From a virus (Duplodnaviria > Caudoviricetes): 64,000 nucleotides of DNA. The stretch covers positions 16,767-80,766 of IMG/VR virus record IMGVR_UViG_2558860994_000004; one strand, 5' to 3'. Position 1 is the stretch's first letter; each line of letters opens with the position of its first letter. Shown here piece by piece: positions 38,077 to 48,485 of this stretch. Below the pieces are notes generated by a model that saw only the letters and a program-made list of their open reading frames with translations, did not search any database and was not told the DNA's origin. The translations under genes and the position numbers were made by a program.

Positions 38077-38421
38077 ATGTTGACTGCATTAGAAAAAGCC
38101 AAAGCCCTTAAAGAGTTTAGAGAATTGCGCCTTAAACTGGCTGGTGATGGATTAACCGCGCTGGACAAGGCCAAATCGTTAAAGCGCTTTCGTGAATTGC
38201 GTTTGTTGCTGGGTGGACAGAATCAACCAGAAGCACAGGAACCCGCCAATAATCCGCTGTACCAGTCCATTCTGGAAGGCCGGGAAGTCACACTAGAATT
38301 GCTGGAGCAGGTCAAGGCAGAGGCCGAAAAAGACTTGAACCATCCACAGCTGATTCCCGCTGTTCTTAAACTTAAAGAGCAGGTTGAACCATTACAGGTG
38401 CATCAGAGTGAGGCGGCTTAA
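38077..38421 (+). CDS. DdrA-like small Dar accessory protein
   Basis: 114 aa between darA and ddrB-like gene as in P1; tandem repeat LTALEKAKALKEFRELRL / LTALDKAKSLKRFRELRL. Confidence 0.6.
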   Translation: MLTALEKAKALKEFRELRLKLAGDGLTALDKAKSLKRFRELRLLLGGQNQPEAQEPANNPLYQSILEGREVTLELLEQVKAEAEKDLNHPQLIPAVLKLKEQVEPLQVHQSEAA

Positions 38422-41400
38422 ATGGTGTCGAAAACGGATAAAACCGCCTTAAATCAAATTGACGTCGTTGCAAATCCCATTGCAGCGATTGATGCGATGA
38501 TTGATGCGCTTAAGCACCAGCAGCACGAAAACTACGAGTTTTTAACGGGTGAACCGGTTGCATCCATCCAGTCCGGCCAGATTAAGCCTGATGAGAAGGG
38601 TCATTACATCAAGGCGGCTGTTAACTGGTTTAGGGAGTGGATGGACAAAAATAGCCATGGGCAGGAATTTGAAAATGTGCAGCTAGGAACAATCATTATT
38701 GCGCCTAGTGGCATTAAATCAGCCATGAGTCATAAACCCCACCCAATTGATGTTCAGGCGCTACCGGCCTTGCCTTTGATTATTGAAAAAGCTGTTGTTC
38801 TCAGTAGAACAATGGATGATATGGGCAAACCATTAGAAAATATTGTGGTCGCGGCACCCATCGAAATTGACGCCAAAAAATATTATATGGTTGTTCGTTT
38901 AAGACGGCACACTGAAGATAAAAACGATAGACCCCGCTTTTATACGCAAGCGGTTACTATTGCAGAGGACATAAAAAAAGGACACATCCCTTCAGACCAA
39001 GTGACTGGGCAAAATAAATTGCTTACTCAAAATGGAGGACGTGTCCGTTTATTAAATGTACTGTATAGCGCTCTCAGTGTCAATAATCCAGCGACCAGCA
39101 TTGTTACAGGCCGTACAAACACTGTAAAAACCCCAAAAGGCACCAAACTTGATACGGTTTTTGCACTGGTTGAAGCTGACAATGTAATTGCATCACACGA
39201 TAGCACTGGCGGGACTAATCCTAAATTTCCGCAAGAATTGCAGCCGCGTGACCGTAGCCGCGAAGCCAGCCAGACATGGGTGAAAAAAACAGCGGCCAAT
39301 CTGGATCCTGATAGTCTGGGTAAAACCAGCCGTGCAGACACCGGTGCGCCGATTGTTGGTGATGACTTGATTGTTGAATCCGGGAACGGTCGCACCATGG
39401 CGATTCAATTAGCGTACGCACGTGGTACCGCAGAGGAATACCGCGCTTGGCTGGTTGATGAGGCAGAATACTTTGGATTTAAGCCTGAACAGGTTGAAGC
39501 CTTTAAGCAGCCTGTACTGGTGCGTATCCGTAAAACTGAGATTGACCGTGCCGCATTTGCAGTAGAAGCGAACCAGGATGATAAGCTGTCTTTGAGTGCC
39601 ACGGAACGCGCCAAGGCCGATGCTCGCCGTATTGATGACAATATGGCGATGCTATTTAACCCAAGCGAAGATGGGGATTTACTGGCGGCCAGTAACCAGA
39701 AATTTATACAGGCTTTTTTACAGTCCATTGGTGATACCGAAGCTGCTCAGTATATTGGAACCGATGGCAAGCCAACGCAGGCACTAGTTTTACGCATTAA
39801 AGCAGCGGTATTTAGCAAGGCTTATAAGGATGACCGTCTTTTAGAGATGGTGGCAGACCAGACCAAGCCAGACTTAAAAAATATGCTGAATGCATTAAGT
39901 GTTGCGGCGCCCAAGTTTATTGAGGCCCAAGCCATTAGCCGGTTACAAACCGAAGATTTATCCAGTCAAATTGTTGATGGTATTGAAAGTGCCACTGACC
40001 AAAAGGTTATTGATGCGATTATTGCCGCTGCAAACGTGGTGATGACCGCAAAAAATGACAACCATGACGTGACCGAGTTTGTTAAGCAGCAAGGCCTGTT
40101 TGGTGATTTACCGGATGGTGTGGCAGAGCTGGCCGTATTCCTATCCAAAAATGCCAGCAGTGCCAAAAAGATGAGTCTGTTATTCAAAGCTATGGCCAGC
40201 TTTTTGGAAAAACAGGCAATTGACCAGAGTAACAATAGCCTGTTTGGTGATCCTGAGCCGCTGAGCATGCGAGAGGTCATTCAGCATGCTGTTGGTGTAC
40301 TTGAGCAAGAATATGGCGATAAAGCCAATTTAAGCATGTTTGATGATTTAGGCTTTCTAGAGCCTAAGTTATTTGACCAGATTTTTAAGTCCTACGCCCG
40401 CACTGGGGAATGGACACCAACAAAATATCTGGAGCAAATGGATGCGTTGCGTCGTATTTTCTTTGCAAACGGCTGGGGACGTGAAAGACGTACTAACGGC
40501 TTCATGATCAAGCCTTGTGGTGAACGCAAAGTACGTCTTATTAAATATGCCGATGATGATAAATTTTTTGTCAGCATCGTTGATTTAGATGAAAAATTAA
40601 TCACTGAAATTGTAGGTTGTGATAATAAGGCCATTCCTGAAATCATTGCTGAAATTAATAAATATCTTAATGAAGATCAGCAACTATCATTAGAAAAGTC
40701 TGGCTTTGATTCGGTTGATGGCAATGATCAGATTGCTATGGTGCCTAAGGTTGATGCTAGCAATACATGGATGAATGGGCAAATCATTCCATGGTCAGAA
40801 AATCCTGAGACTGATTTTGCGCATTCCATGAAATTGCCATCTTCCGGTCAGCTTGGTGATAAGGTTTGTTTTCATGTCTGGGCAAATGAAAGTAAAGAGT
40901 CAAGGGTGAGAATAGATGCATTTATTGCAGATATTAAGTTTAAGACCAGTAAAGTATGGTATGGACTGGCCATGCGCATTGCTGATACGCGATTTGCGAC
41001 ACTGATTTACTTACCTAGTGGGACTTTTGATATTTTAACCAGTCATGAAAGTGTAGACGGTTATGATGCCTTACTCACCATGGAAGAGATATGTCGGCAT
41101 AACTGTTTGCGTACTGATATTGATAAGCAAGCCCATGAAGCCGCCACGTCACCTTACAATGATTTGCCAGAGCCGACTGAAGCACAAAAAATTTCAGGGG
41201 ATTATGTGAAGGGCAAGCTATCAATTGCGGGTGTAGATATAGCGATTGAAAATCCGGCTGGTTCTACACGCTCAGGCGTTGACGCCAGTGGAAAGGCTTG
41301 GCAAACCACGATGAAGCATCACTATGGCTACATTGAAAATACCATGGGTGCCGATGGTGATGAGCTGGATGTATTTGTTAAAACTGGTTTGAATGAATAT

Positions 41401-42006
41401 ACCGGCATTGTGTATGTCATCCGCCAGCTTGATCCAGAAAGCCTAGATTTTGATGAACACAAGATCATTATTGGCGCGTCTACATTAGAAGAAGCCCAGC
41501 AAATTTATTTGTCTAATTATGAATCGGGCTGGCAGGGGATGGGCAGTATTGAAACGCTATCCATTGAAGATTTTAGGAACAGGCTGGGTAAGACCTGGAC
41601 GCAGTTTGATTCGATTGGCCAGCACGTTGAGCCAATCACTGTTCTGAATCAGCTTATTGGCATCTTGCAGGCCAAAAAAATCACTGACCAGCAGCAGTTA
41701 ATGGAACTGCGCGAGGAAATTCGCACCAATGAGCAGACCGCCCGTTATTTGATGGGTGGCCGTAAGGGATTGTGGGGCCGCACAACCAATGCGGACAATA
41801 AACGCAGTGCTGAATTGTCAAATTTACGCCTGAAATACCAGCTGGCACTGAATCATTTTATTGCCCTGTATTCCATTGACAAGCGGGAAGCCCGTACCTT
41901 TAATTTACGCCATGGCGTCAATTCTTTTGATTCCATCGAAAATGACCAGATACACCCAGTATTTCATGCGATTTATGGGCATGGAAACCACTGGAACAGC
42001 GCATAA
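38422..42006 (+). CDS. ddrB: DdrB-like polyvalent protein: LPD3-like + ddrB-ParB + inorganic pyrophosphatase-like domains
   Basis: ELQPRDR..GAPIVG..VESGNGR (ddrB-ParB); IAIENPAGS.R..HHYGYI..DGDELDVF..DEHKII (iPPase of polyvalent proteins). Confidence 0.8.
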   Translation: MVSKTDKTALNQIDVVANPIAAIDAMIDALKHQQHENYEFLTGEPVASIQSGQIKPDEKGHYIKAAVNWFREWMDKNSHGQEFENVQLGTIIIAPSGIKSAMSHKPHPIDVQALPALPLIIEKAVVLSRTMDDMGKPLENIVVAAPIEIDAKKYYMVVRLRRHTEDKNDRPRFYTQAVTIAEDIKKGHIPSDQVTGQNKLLTQNGGRVRLLNVLYSALSVNNPATSIVTGRTNTVKTPKGTKLDTVFALVEADNVIASHDSTGGTNPKFPQELQPRDRSREASQTWVKKTAANLDPDSLGKTSRADTGAPIVGDDLIVESGNGRTMAIQLAYARGTAEEYRAWLVDEAEYFGFKPEQVEAFKQPVLVRIRKTEIDRAAFAVEANQDDKLSLSATERAKADARRIDDNMAMLFNPSEDGDLLAASNQKFIQAFLQSIGDTEAAQYIGTDGKPTQALVLRIKAAVFSKAYKDDRLLEMVADQTKPDLKNMLNALSVAAPKFIEAQAISRLQTEDLSSQIVDGIESATDQKVIDAIIAAANVVMTAKNDNHDVTEFVKQQGLFGDLPDGVAELAVFLSKNASSAKKMSLLFKAMASFLEKQAIDQSNNSLFGDPEPLSMREVIQHAVGVLEQEYGDKANLSMFDDLGFLEPKLFDQIFKSYARTGEWTPTKYLEQMDALRRIFFANGWGRERRTNGFMIKPCGERKVRLIKYADDDKFFVSIVDLDEKLITEIVGCDNKAIPEIIAEINKYLNEDQQLSLEKSGFDSVDGNDQIAMVPKVDASNTWMNGQIIPWSENPETDFAHSMKLPSSGQLGDKVCFHVWANESKESRVRIDAFIADIKFKTSKVWYGLAMRIADTRFATLIYLPSGTFDILTSHESVDGYDALLTMEEICRHNCLRTDIDKQAHEAATSPYNDLPEPTEAQKISGDYVKGKLSIAGVDIAIENPAGSTRSGVDASGKAWQTTMKHHYGYIENTMGADGDELDVFVKTGLNEYTGIVYVIRQLDPESLDFDEHKIIIGASTLEEAQQIYLSNYESGWQGMGSIETLSIEDFRNRLGKTWTQFDSIGQHVEPITVLNQLIGILQAKKITDQQQLMELREEIRTNEQTARYLMGGRKGLWGRTTNADNKRSAELSNLRLKYQLALNHFIALYSIDKREARTFNLRHGVNSFDSIENDQIHPVFHAIYGHGNHWNSA

Positions 42007-42032
42007 AAGCACCAATTACCAAGCCTTAACAT
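41992..42032 (+). promoter_or_regulatory. Putative late promoter for darB, inside ddrB 3' end
   Basis: TGGAACA at 41992, TAACAT at 42027. Confidence 0.65.
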
Positions 42033-42068
42033 AGGTCAATCTAAAAAAATACCTATGTTGAGGTCTGC

Positions 42069-45000
42069 ATGTCTGCGGTGGTTAATTTAAGTCAATTTGT
42101 GGTTACACCCTTAACTGTAATGACTGCTATTGATGCAATGATAGCGGTCTTACAGCAAGCGAATGGTCAGCATATCCCGCTGTATCAGTTTAGCGAAAAG
42201 ATAACGCCTGCTGCCCGCCAGCGTGCCAACAATGAGGCAGTTGCATTACTGCGGGCTGTCCAAAATGACGATGTAAAGCAACTTACACCAGAACAAAAAC
42301 TCATTTTATCCCGCTATACCGGCACGGGTGGCAACCTGATTGGCGAAGATGGCTTAAAGGGCAGTGCGTACGAGTACTACACACCAATGCCAGTGGCACA
42401 AGCCATGTGGGACCTATTAAAAGAACAGGGCTTTGCTGGTGGGAACGTATTAGACCCCAGCTCAGGCACTGGTATTTTTGCTGGTTGCGCCCCTGCCGAT
42501 ATCCTCATGCACAGTGTTGAACTCTCTGATATATCCGGCAATATCAATAAACTGGTCAATGATAGTGATAAGCATGCAACCACAGTGGCCCCGTTTGAAC
42601 AGGTCGCGGCCAGCACTGATGATGAAATTTTTGATGCAGTCATTACCAATGTGCCGTTTGGCACCAATGCCGACCGTGGCAAAAACAAGAACCTGGACAA
42701 TAAATATCAGCGTGACACGCTGGAAGAATATTTTATTAAGCGGTCGCTGGATAAATTGCGTCCCAATGGTTTAGCCGCCTTTATCGTTCCTACCAAAATT
42801 TTAGACAACAGCAGCTTTAAAAAGTTTCGTCAGCTGATTTTATTGCGTGCCGATCTAGTCGGCGCTTACCGCCTGCCCAATAAAGTGTTTGACGCCACTG
42901 GAGCAGATGTCACGACCGATATCATTATTCTTAAAAAATTTAACCAGGATGTCAGCGAGAAAATCACCAACCTGTATGAAAACGGTGGACTGCAAACCCT
43001 GCAAGCCGCACGGGTGCTAGATACCGATATTGTGGCCGGGCATTACTTTAAAACCTATGGCAAGTCTTACGTGCTGGGTGAAACCGTCAAGGGCAAAGGC
43101 CGTTTTGGTGAAGTGGAACGGGTAGTTAATGATGATTCATTGGCCAATATCCTAAAACTGGTGAAGCGTTTTCCTGAATCACGTATTGACTATAACTTGC
43201 TGGAAGTTACCCCCGAATTGACCGAAATTACTTTTAATGACGGTGATATTCGCCGTATCGATGGCGCCACATTCCAGATGAAAAACGGCGAGTGGCAACA
43301 GGTGATTGAACGCTTTAACGTGGATGAATCCTTATTTGCAACGCCATACGCTTTATTGTCTGGCAAAGGGGATTATCCAAAGCTGGTTGAATATGTTGCT
43401 TATTGCGCGGCCAATGCCAAGCGTCCGCCAGAATGGCTATCTATCTTTACACAAGAGGTCGAAAAGAACGCCGCTACATTTGGCTTCTGGTTATGTGTGT
43501 TGTCAGTACTGGATGCCCTAAAAACTGATAATGGCACATTTCCCTATGCAGAGCGCTATTCGGCACTAACCGCGCAAATGGTCGGTTATGCAGATGCCTA
43601 CCTTAAAAAACGCTACAAACCCAAAAATCAGGATTATAAACGCTATCTGCACACCATCAGCATTGCCTTTGATAGCAACATGCCTGATGGTATTTCACGA
43701 TTCTGGCGCGGTGATACCAGTCAACTGGCAGCCGTACAGCCACTGCATACCCAAGCTGCTTATGAAAATGCGGTGTACCGAGGTATTGCAGAAAACTGGC
43801 AAGTCGATGTAGCTGTCATTCAGCAAAGCAATCCTGATTTTGACCCAATGACTGATGACAATTACTGTATCAATCAGGATGGCAGCAAAGTCACGTTAAA
43901 GCGCGACTATTATGTTGGCAACTATCAGCAGTTTTTAACCCGGATTAACAGCCAGATTGACGCAGCAACGGATCCTGTCATTAAGGAAAAACTGATTCGG
44001 CAGAAACTGGCCGCTGATGCCATGATTCAGGCAATCGATGTTTGTAAGCTCAACTATGACCTAATGGCCAGCACCATACCGATTGAAATCAAGTATCGCT
44101 ACTTTTCAGAATTTATTGATGACAAGGTACTGATTGATGCAGACCATCGGCTAGTTTTGGATGAAAAACCGGATTCTGTTATTGATCTGGTCAAATACCG
44201 TTTAAGCGGCAGTAAGGCACTGGAAACCGGCAAGATGGATGAGGGCAATAAGGCGCTGCGCTACTTTATGCTCAACCGGATTTTTAACTCCATCAACAAC
44301 AACCAGCGTCTTTATGTGAAAACTGAGGACAACATCAACAAGGATACCAAAGCCAAGCTGCTTAAAATCCTGACCGATTATTACAATACCTTGAATGTCA
44401 GTTTTGATGCCTGGTTGAAATCCAATGATGAGTTCATGGCCCAGTTGGATCAGCAATTTAATGCCCCTGAAAACAAGGTTTTTCCGGTGCAACTGGATGA
44501 TTCACCATTAACGATTGATGGCTTTAATCCCAAAAGAGAAGGTTTTATAGCATTAAACGGCTACCAGAATGAGGAAATTCGCCGGCTGTCACGCCATTTT
44601 GCGGGTATGTGTGGTTTTGACGTGGGGCTGGGTAAAACCCTAACCGCGCTGGCTGCCATGCAGAATATGCATAATATTGGCATTAAAACCCGTACGTTTG
44701 TAGTGGTTCCCAACCATACCATCAGTAAGTGGTTTAACGATGTCAAAATGGCTTATGACTACGTAGACGATGTGCTGGTGATTGGCAGTAATCAGGGTAA
44801 ACAGGACGCCGTAGACTCCAAGTTTAATGCAGCAGATTTTGCAGCACTGACCAAGCCGGAAGGGAAGCATTATCGAAAAATCCTGATGACCGTGGATGCA
44901 TTCAATATGATTCCGCTGCGTCAGGCGACCATTGAAACCCATTTTTACCAGACTGAAGGTATTGCCACCGACCGCAAGCAGGACCGCGAAAAGCAGGACG

Positions 45001-48000
45001 GTGATTTAAGTAACCGCATCAAGAAAATCAACAAGTATGAAAGCAAGTTGCCCTATTTTGAGGATATGGGCGTTGATTCACTGGTATTTGATGAAGCCCA
45101 GCTATTCAAGAATGGCAAGGCTGGCGGCGGCCAATATGACCGTATCAAAGGCCTGTCATTGCTGGCCGAGAGTGCTTTATCGGCGCGTGCAATCAGCGCG
45201 GCCATTAAATCCTGGTATATCCGTGGCCGTAACGGTGAATTGAATGATGGCGTAGTCTTGCTGACTGCAACGCCATTTACTAACTCGCCGGTTGAGATTC
45301 TAACCATGCTGTCACTGGCAGTCGGTGATAAGGAAGCCATGCGCGAACTGGCGGGTACTTCCATTGCCAGCGTTGATGATTTCTTAAGTACCTTTGCCAA
45401 TATTGACCAGATTGAGCAGGAAAATATTGTCGGTGATCTGGTATCAGTTGATACTTTTACGGGCTTTAAAAACGTGCAGTTATTGAAGGATGGCATTCAC
45501 AAGATTGCTAATATCCAGACCGCCCGGGAGCGTGGCCTTAAAATTCCTGATGAAGAAAATCATACCGTGGTCATTGACCTGGTGGATGACGACAAGGCAA
45601 CCCTAAACCAGATGAAAGGGTTTTATGCACTGGCCAAGGAAATGATTAACGGCGGTGGTGTGATTGCCGATAAAGATACCTTTGAGGCCTATGAAGCCTA
45701 TAAGGAAATGCTTGGTGAAACGGATGAGCTACTGGCTCACCCGTTCAACCTGATTGCCCGCATGTCTGATGTGATCATGGCCGGTAGTGAAATGGGCCTC
45801 ATGCGTATTGTACCCGTTGATTTTGCCCCTGATCAGCTGGAAGCCGCGCGCAAATTGGCTGACCAGTTTAATGCCAAGAAAATCAGCATTAAGACAACCC
45901 GCCGTTTTCCGGGCGTTGATAGCGAACTAATGACAGTCAAAATGATACAGGACAATCAAGGCGAGCTAATGCCACAGTTTACTATAGGCTGCCGTGTTGA
46001 TCTGGATGATCATAATTCGCGGTTAATCCTAAATGTGGATGATGCTGGCGTCGTCGCGCAGCTGATGGAAATGATTGATAAGGCAGGCCTACAGGTCCAG
46101 CCCAAGCTATCAGCTAAAGTTTCTGCCATGGTTGAAAACTATAAGGTTGAGCAGAGTACGCCAAAGCATCAGGGCCATGCCAAACAGCTTATTTTCTGCG
46201 ACAACCTGGCGATGCAGCATGTAATCAAGCGGGCATTGGTTGCTTACTGTGGGGTGAAATCCAGCCAGATTGCCATTATCAATGCGCAAACTCTACCAGA
46301 TGGCAGCAAGGGCAGTCCTGATACAGAGCACATGCAGGAAGTGCAGGACAAGTTTGCCAGCAATGAGTTTACAACCGTCATTGCCAATAAAAAGGCTGAA
46401 ACCGGTATTGATTTGCAGATTGGTACACAGGCCATCCACCACTTAACAACGGGCTGGACACCAGACAGCTTACAGCAGCGTAATGGCCGTGGCGTACGTC
46501 AGGGCAATAAGCAGTCCAGCGTGGCAATTTACCATTACAATGCCAATGGCACCTTTGATGAGTATAAGCAGCGCCTGATTGCTGGCAAGGCTGACTGGAT
46601 TGACCAGTTGATGCAAAAGGATTCTGTTGTATCTGGAACCCTGAATGTGAGCCAGGAACTCAGTAAACAGGACTATGAGGACCTGATTAATGCTGATAGC
46701 CCTGAACAAATTGCTGCACTATTGCAGGCAAAATCTATTCGGGAACAGGCCGAGCGTGCTGCACTGGTTGCCTCCAGAACCCGCTTGCTATATGACAACA
46801 TGATCAAGGCCAAGAAACGCCCTAAACCCAGCATTGAAGGGCAAGTACGTCAGATTATGGAGGTCGATGCCAAACGGCTAGGGGAACTGATCAAGAAGCG
46901 CGACAAGGCGGCCAAGCCTGAGGTTATTCAGCGTTACACCGACCAGATCAACCAGATTGCCCAGCGCTATGATGGCTGGTTCGATGGTGAGCTGACCAGT
47001 GATATGGTGATTAAGGGCATTGAGCGAAAACGGCAATATAACCGTAGCCCAAGTTTTAGTGAATATGATATTTACCGTGAAATGCGGACTGGAAGCCATG
47101 AAATGTCACGCTGGATCCAGACCAATGCCGACACCCTGACCAATGATGTATTTAACCGTGCCCGTAGTGTGGTGAGCACAGCAGATAACATGATTCGTGC
47201 CACTGAAGAATCATTCTTGAATTATCAGGATAATGGTTTTAGTGAGGCTGATAAACAGGCCATTTTAACCGGAGAGGCCGTTTTAGATGATTTGGGCGTG
47301 CTTTGGTATGCAGGCGAGTACGTTAAGGCCATTAAAGAAAATGGCAAAACCGTTTATGGCTATGTGAAGATTGCTGAACTTAGTGATTATGGCTTTAAAT
47401 TTGGTTTTATCGGTAAGGAAATCGGTAGAACTGATACCTGCCAGAAACTAAGCCCGGATGATAAGGCCGCTGCCATTGAATATATGGTGGCCGAGGATAT
47501 GGCCGAGTGTAACACCAAAGAAATTTTTGATATCAGTGTTGCTAAGCCATTTTACGCCAGTGTTTTTCCAGAAATTTACACCATTTTGGCGGAACGTCTG
47601 GCCGGTGCGCTTCAAGAATGGAATGAGCGGACTACCCAGTATTTTGCCCGCAATCTGGTGCACCGTGCGACTAAGCGGCGCTATTGGGCTGAAGAGTTTT
47701 TACCAGAGCTAAGGTATGATAATCCCGATATTGTTAAATCTTATAACCTGGTATTTGATATTGAGGCATTTGAAGTTAATCCGCTCAATCGCAGGCCTAT
47801 GGCGGTAATCCGTAATAAGAACCTAAGGCTTTATCAAAACATCCCAATAACCCATGCCTCAGATTCTGAATTTTTTGAAAATGAACTGCTGCCTTATCTG
47901 GAAGGTGAGGCTATAGAAGTAAAAATGGATGTAGACACAGCATTTAATTTATTGAAAAAACTGCTAGGAACATCACGCCTGTTTGATATGGCATTAACCC

Positions 48001-48485
48001 GGGCCGGTTTTACCACGGCTGAATTTCAACAGTTGTATGTTGACGGGATTAGTAAGGCTGATATTCCGCAATATGTTAAAAAAGCAATTGATCAGGAAAT
48101 TGGGCACGTCATCAATAACCTTGATGAAGTGGTTGGCTGGTTTATGGTGAGCGAGGGTTATAGACATATCCGGCAACGGATTAAAATCCTGCCCGAACCA
48201 GGTGCACCTGAAGCAGCGGCGGCTGATCTGATGGAGCAGGCCAAGCGGGTAGCGATTAAAAATACCAAGGATGTACCCGTCATTGGCTTAAAATCAGTGG
48301 TGATCGGCAGGGATGGTAATAAGCTGTATGAAAACAAGGAATCATTAAAGGCTACGGTGGACTATGCCTACTGGGCAAAACGTCCAAGTATGTGGATTAT
48401 TGACCTGGAATCGTTTGCCAAGCTGATTCAACAGCCGTGGTACGATTCAACCCAGATTGAAATTGTTGAGGCAAAATACAGATGA
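42069..48485 (+). CDS. darB: DarB: N6-adenine methyltransferase + SNF2-like helicase antirestriction protein
   Basis: YEYYTP, LDPSSGTGIF, TNVPFG MTase motifs; FDVGLGKT, FDEAQ, ETGIDLQ, QQRNGRGVRQGN helicase motifs; N-terminus matches recalled P1 DarB. Confidence 0.9.
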   Translation: MSAVVNLSQFVVTPLTVMTAIDAMIAVLQQANGQHIPLYQFSEKITPAARQRANNEAVALLRAVQNDDVKQLTPEQKLILSRYTGTGGNLIGEDGLKGSAYEYYTPMPVAQAMWDLLKEQGFAGGNVLDPSSGTGIFAGCAPADILMHSVELSDISGNINKLVNDSDKHATTVAPFEQVAASTDDEIFDAVITNVPFGTNADRGKNKNLDNKYQRDTLEEYFIKRSLDKLRPNGLAAFIVPTKILDNSSFKKFRQLILLRADLVGAYRLPNKVFDATGADVTTDIIILKKFNQDVSEKITNLYENGGLQTLQAARVLDTDIVAGHYFKTYGKSYVLGETVKGKGRFGEVERVVNDDSLANILKLVKRFPESRIDYNLLEVTPELTEITFNDGDIRRIDGATFQMKNGEWQQVIERFNVDESLFATPYALLSGKGDYPKLVEYVAYCAANAKRPPEWLSIFTQEVEKNAATFGFWLCVLSVLDALKTDNGTFPYAERYSALTAQMVGYADAYLKKRYKPKNQDYKRYLHTISIAFDSNMPDGISRFWRGDTSQLAAVQPLHTQAAYENAVYRGIAENWQVDVAVIQQSNPDFDPMTDDNYCINQDGSKVTLKRDYYVGNYQQFLTRINSQIDAATDPVIKEKLIRQKLAADAMIQAIDVCKLNYDLMASTIPIEIKYRYFSEFIDDKVLIDADHRLVLDEKPDSVIDLVKYRLSGSKALETGKMDEGNKALRYFMLNRIFNSINNNQRLYVKTEDNINKDTKAKLLKILTDYYNTLNVSFDAWLKSNDEFMAQLDQQFNAPENKVFPVQLDDSPLTIDGFNPKREGFIALNGYQNEEIRRLSRHFAGMCGFDVGLGKTLTALAAMQNMHNIGIKTRTFVVVPNHTISKWFNDVKMAYDYVDDVLVIGSNQGKQDAVDSKFNAADFAALTKPEGKHYRKILMTVDAFNMIPLRQATIETHFYQTEGIATDRKQDREKQDGDLSNRIKKINKYESKLPYFEDMGVDSLVFDEAQLFKNGKAGGGQYDRIKGLSLLAESALSARAISAAIKSWYIRGRNGELNDGVVLLTATPFTNSPVEILTMLSLAVGDKEAMRELAGTSIASVDDFLSTFANIDQIEQENIVGDLVSVDTFTGFKNVQLLKDGIHKIANIQTARERGLKIPDEENHTVVIDLVDDDKATLNQMKGFYALAKEMINGGGVIADKDTFEAYEAYKEMLGETDELLAHPFNLIARMSDVIMAGSEMGLMRIVPVDFAPDQLEAARKLADQFNAKKISIKTTRRFPGVDSELMTVKMIQDNQGELMPQFTIGCRVDLDDHNSRLILNVDDAGVVAQLMEMIDKAGLQVQPKLSAKVSAMVENYKVEQSTPKHQGHAKQLIFCDNLAMQHVIKRALVAYCGVKSSQIAIINAQTLPDGSKGSPDTEHMQEVQDKFASNEFTTVIANKKAETGIDLQIGTQAIHHLTTGWTPDSLQQRNGRGVRQGNKQSSVAIYHYNANGTFDEYKQRLIAGKADWIDQLMQKDSVVSGTLNVSQELSKQDYEDLINADSPEQIAALLQAKSIREQAERAALVASRTRLLYDNMIKAKKRPKPSIEGQVRQIMEVDAKRLGELIKKRDKAAKPEVIQRYTDQINQIAQRYDGWFDGELTSDMVIKGIERKRQYNRSPSFSEYDIYREMRTGSHEMSRWIQTNADTLTNDVFNRARSVVSTADNMIRATEESFLNYQDNGFSEADKQAILTGEAVLDDLGVLWYAGEYVKAIKENGKTVYGYVKIAELSDYGFKFGFIGKEIGRTDTCQKLSPDDKAAAIEYMVAEDMAECNTKEIFDISVAKPFYASVFPEIYTILAERLAGALQEWNERTTQYFARNLVHRATKRRYWAEEFLPELRYDNPDIVKSYNLVFDIEAFEVNPLNRRPMAVIRNKNLRLYQNIPITHASDSEFFENELLPYLEGEAIEVKMDVDTAFNLLKKLLGTSRLFDMALTRAGFTTAEFQQLYVDGISKADIPQYVKKAIDQEIGHVINNLDEVVGWFMVSEGYRHIRQRIKILPEPGAPEAAAADLMEQAKRVAIKNTKDVPVIGLKSVVIGRDGNKLYENKESLKATVDYAYWAKRPSMWIIDLESFAKLIQQPWYDSTQIEIVEAKYR

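Noticed and set aside
43660-43685. FDS in DarB (FDSN), sheath (FDST) and the 181-aa protein (FDSS)
   Set aside because: Lack the I/V/L fourth residue shared by all 12 head-protein copies; consistent with chance
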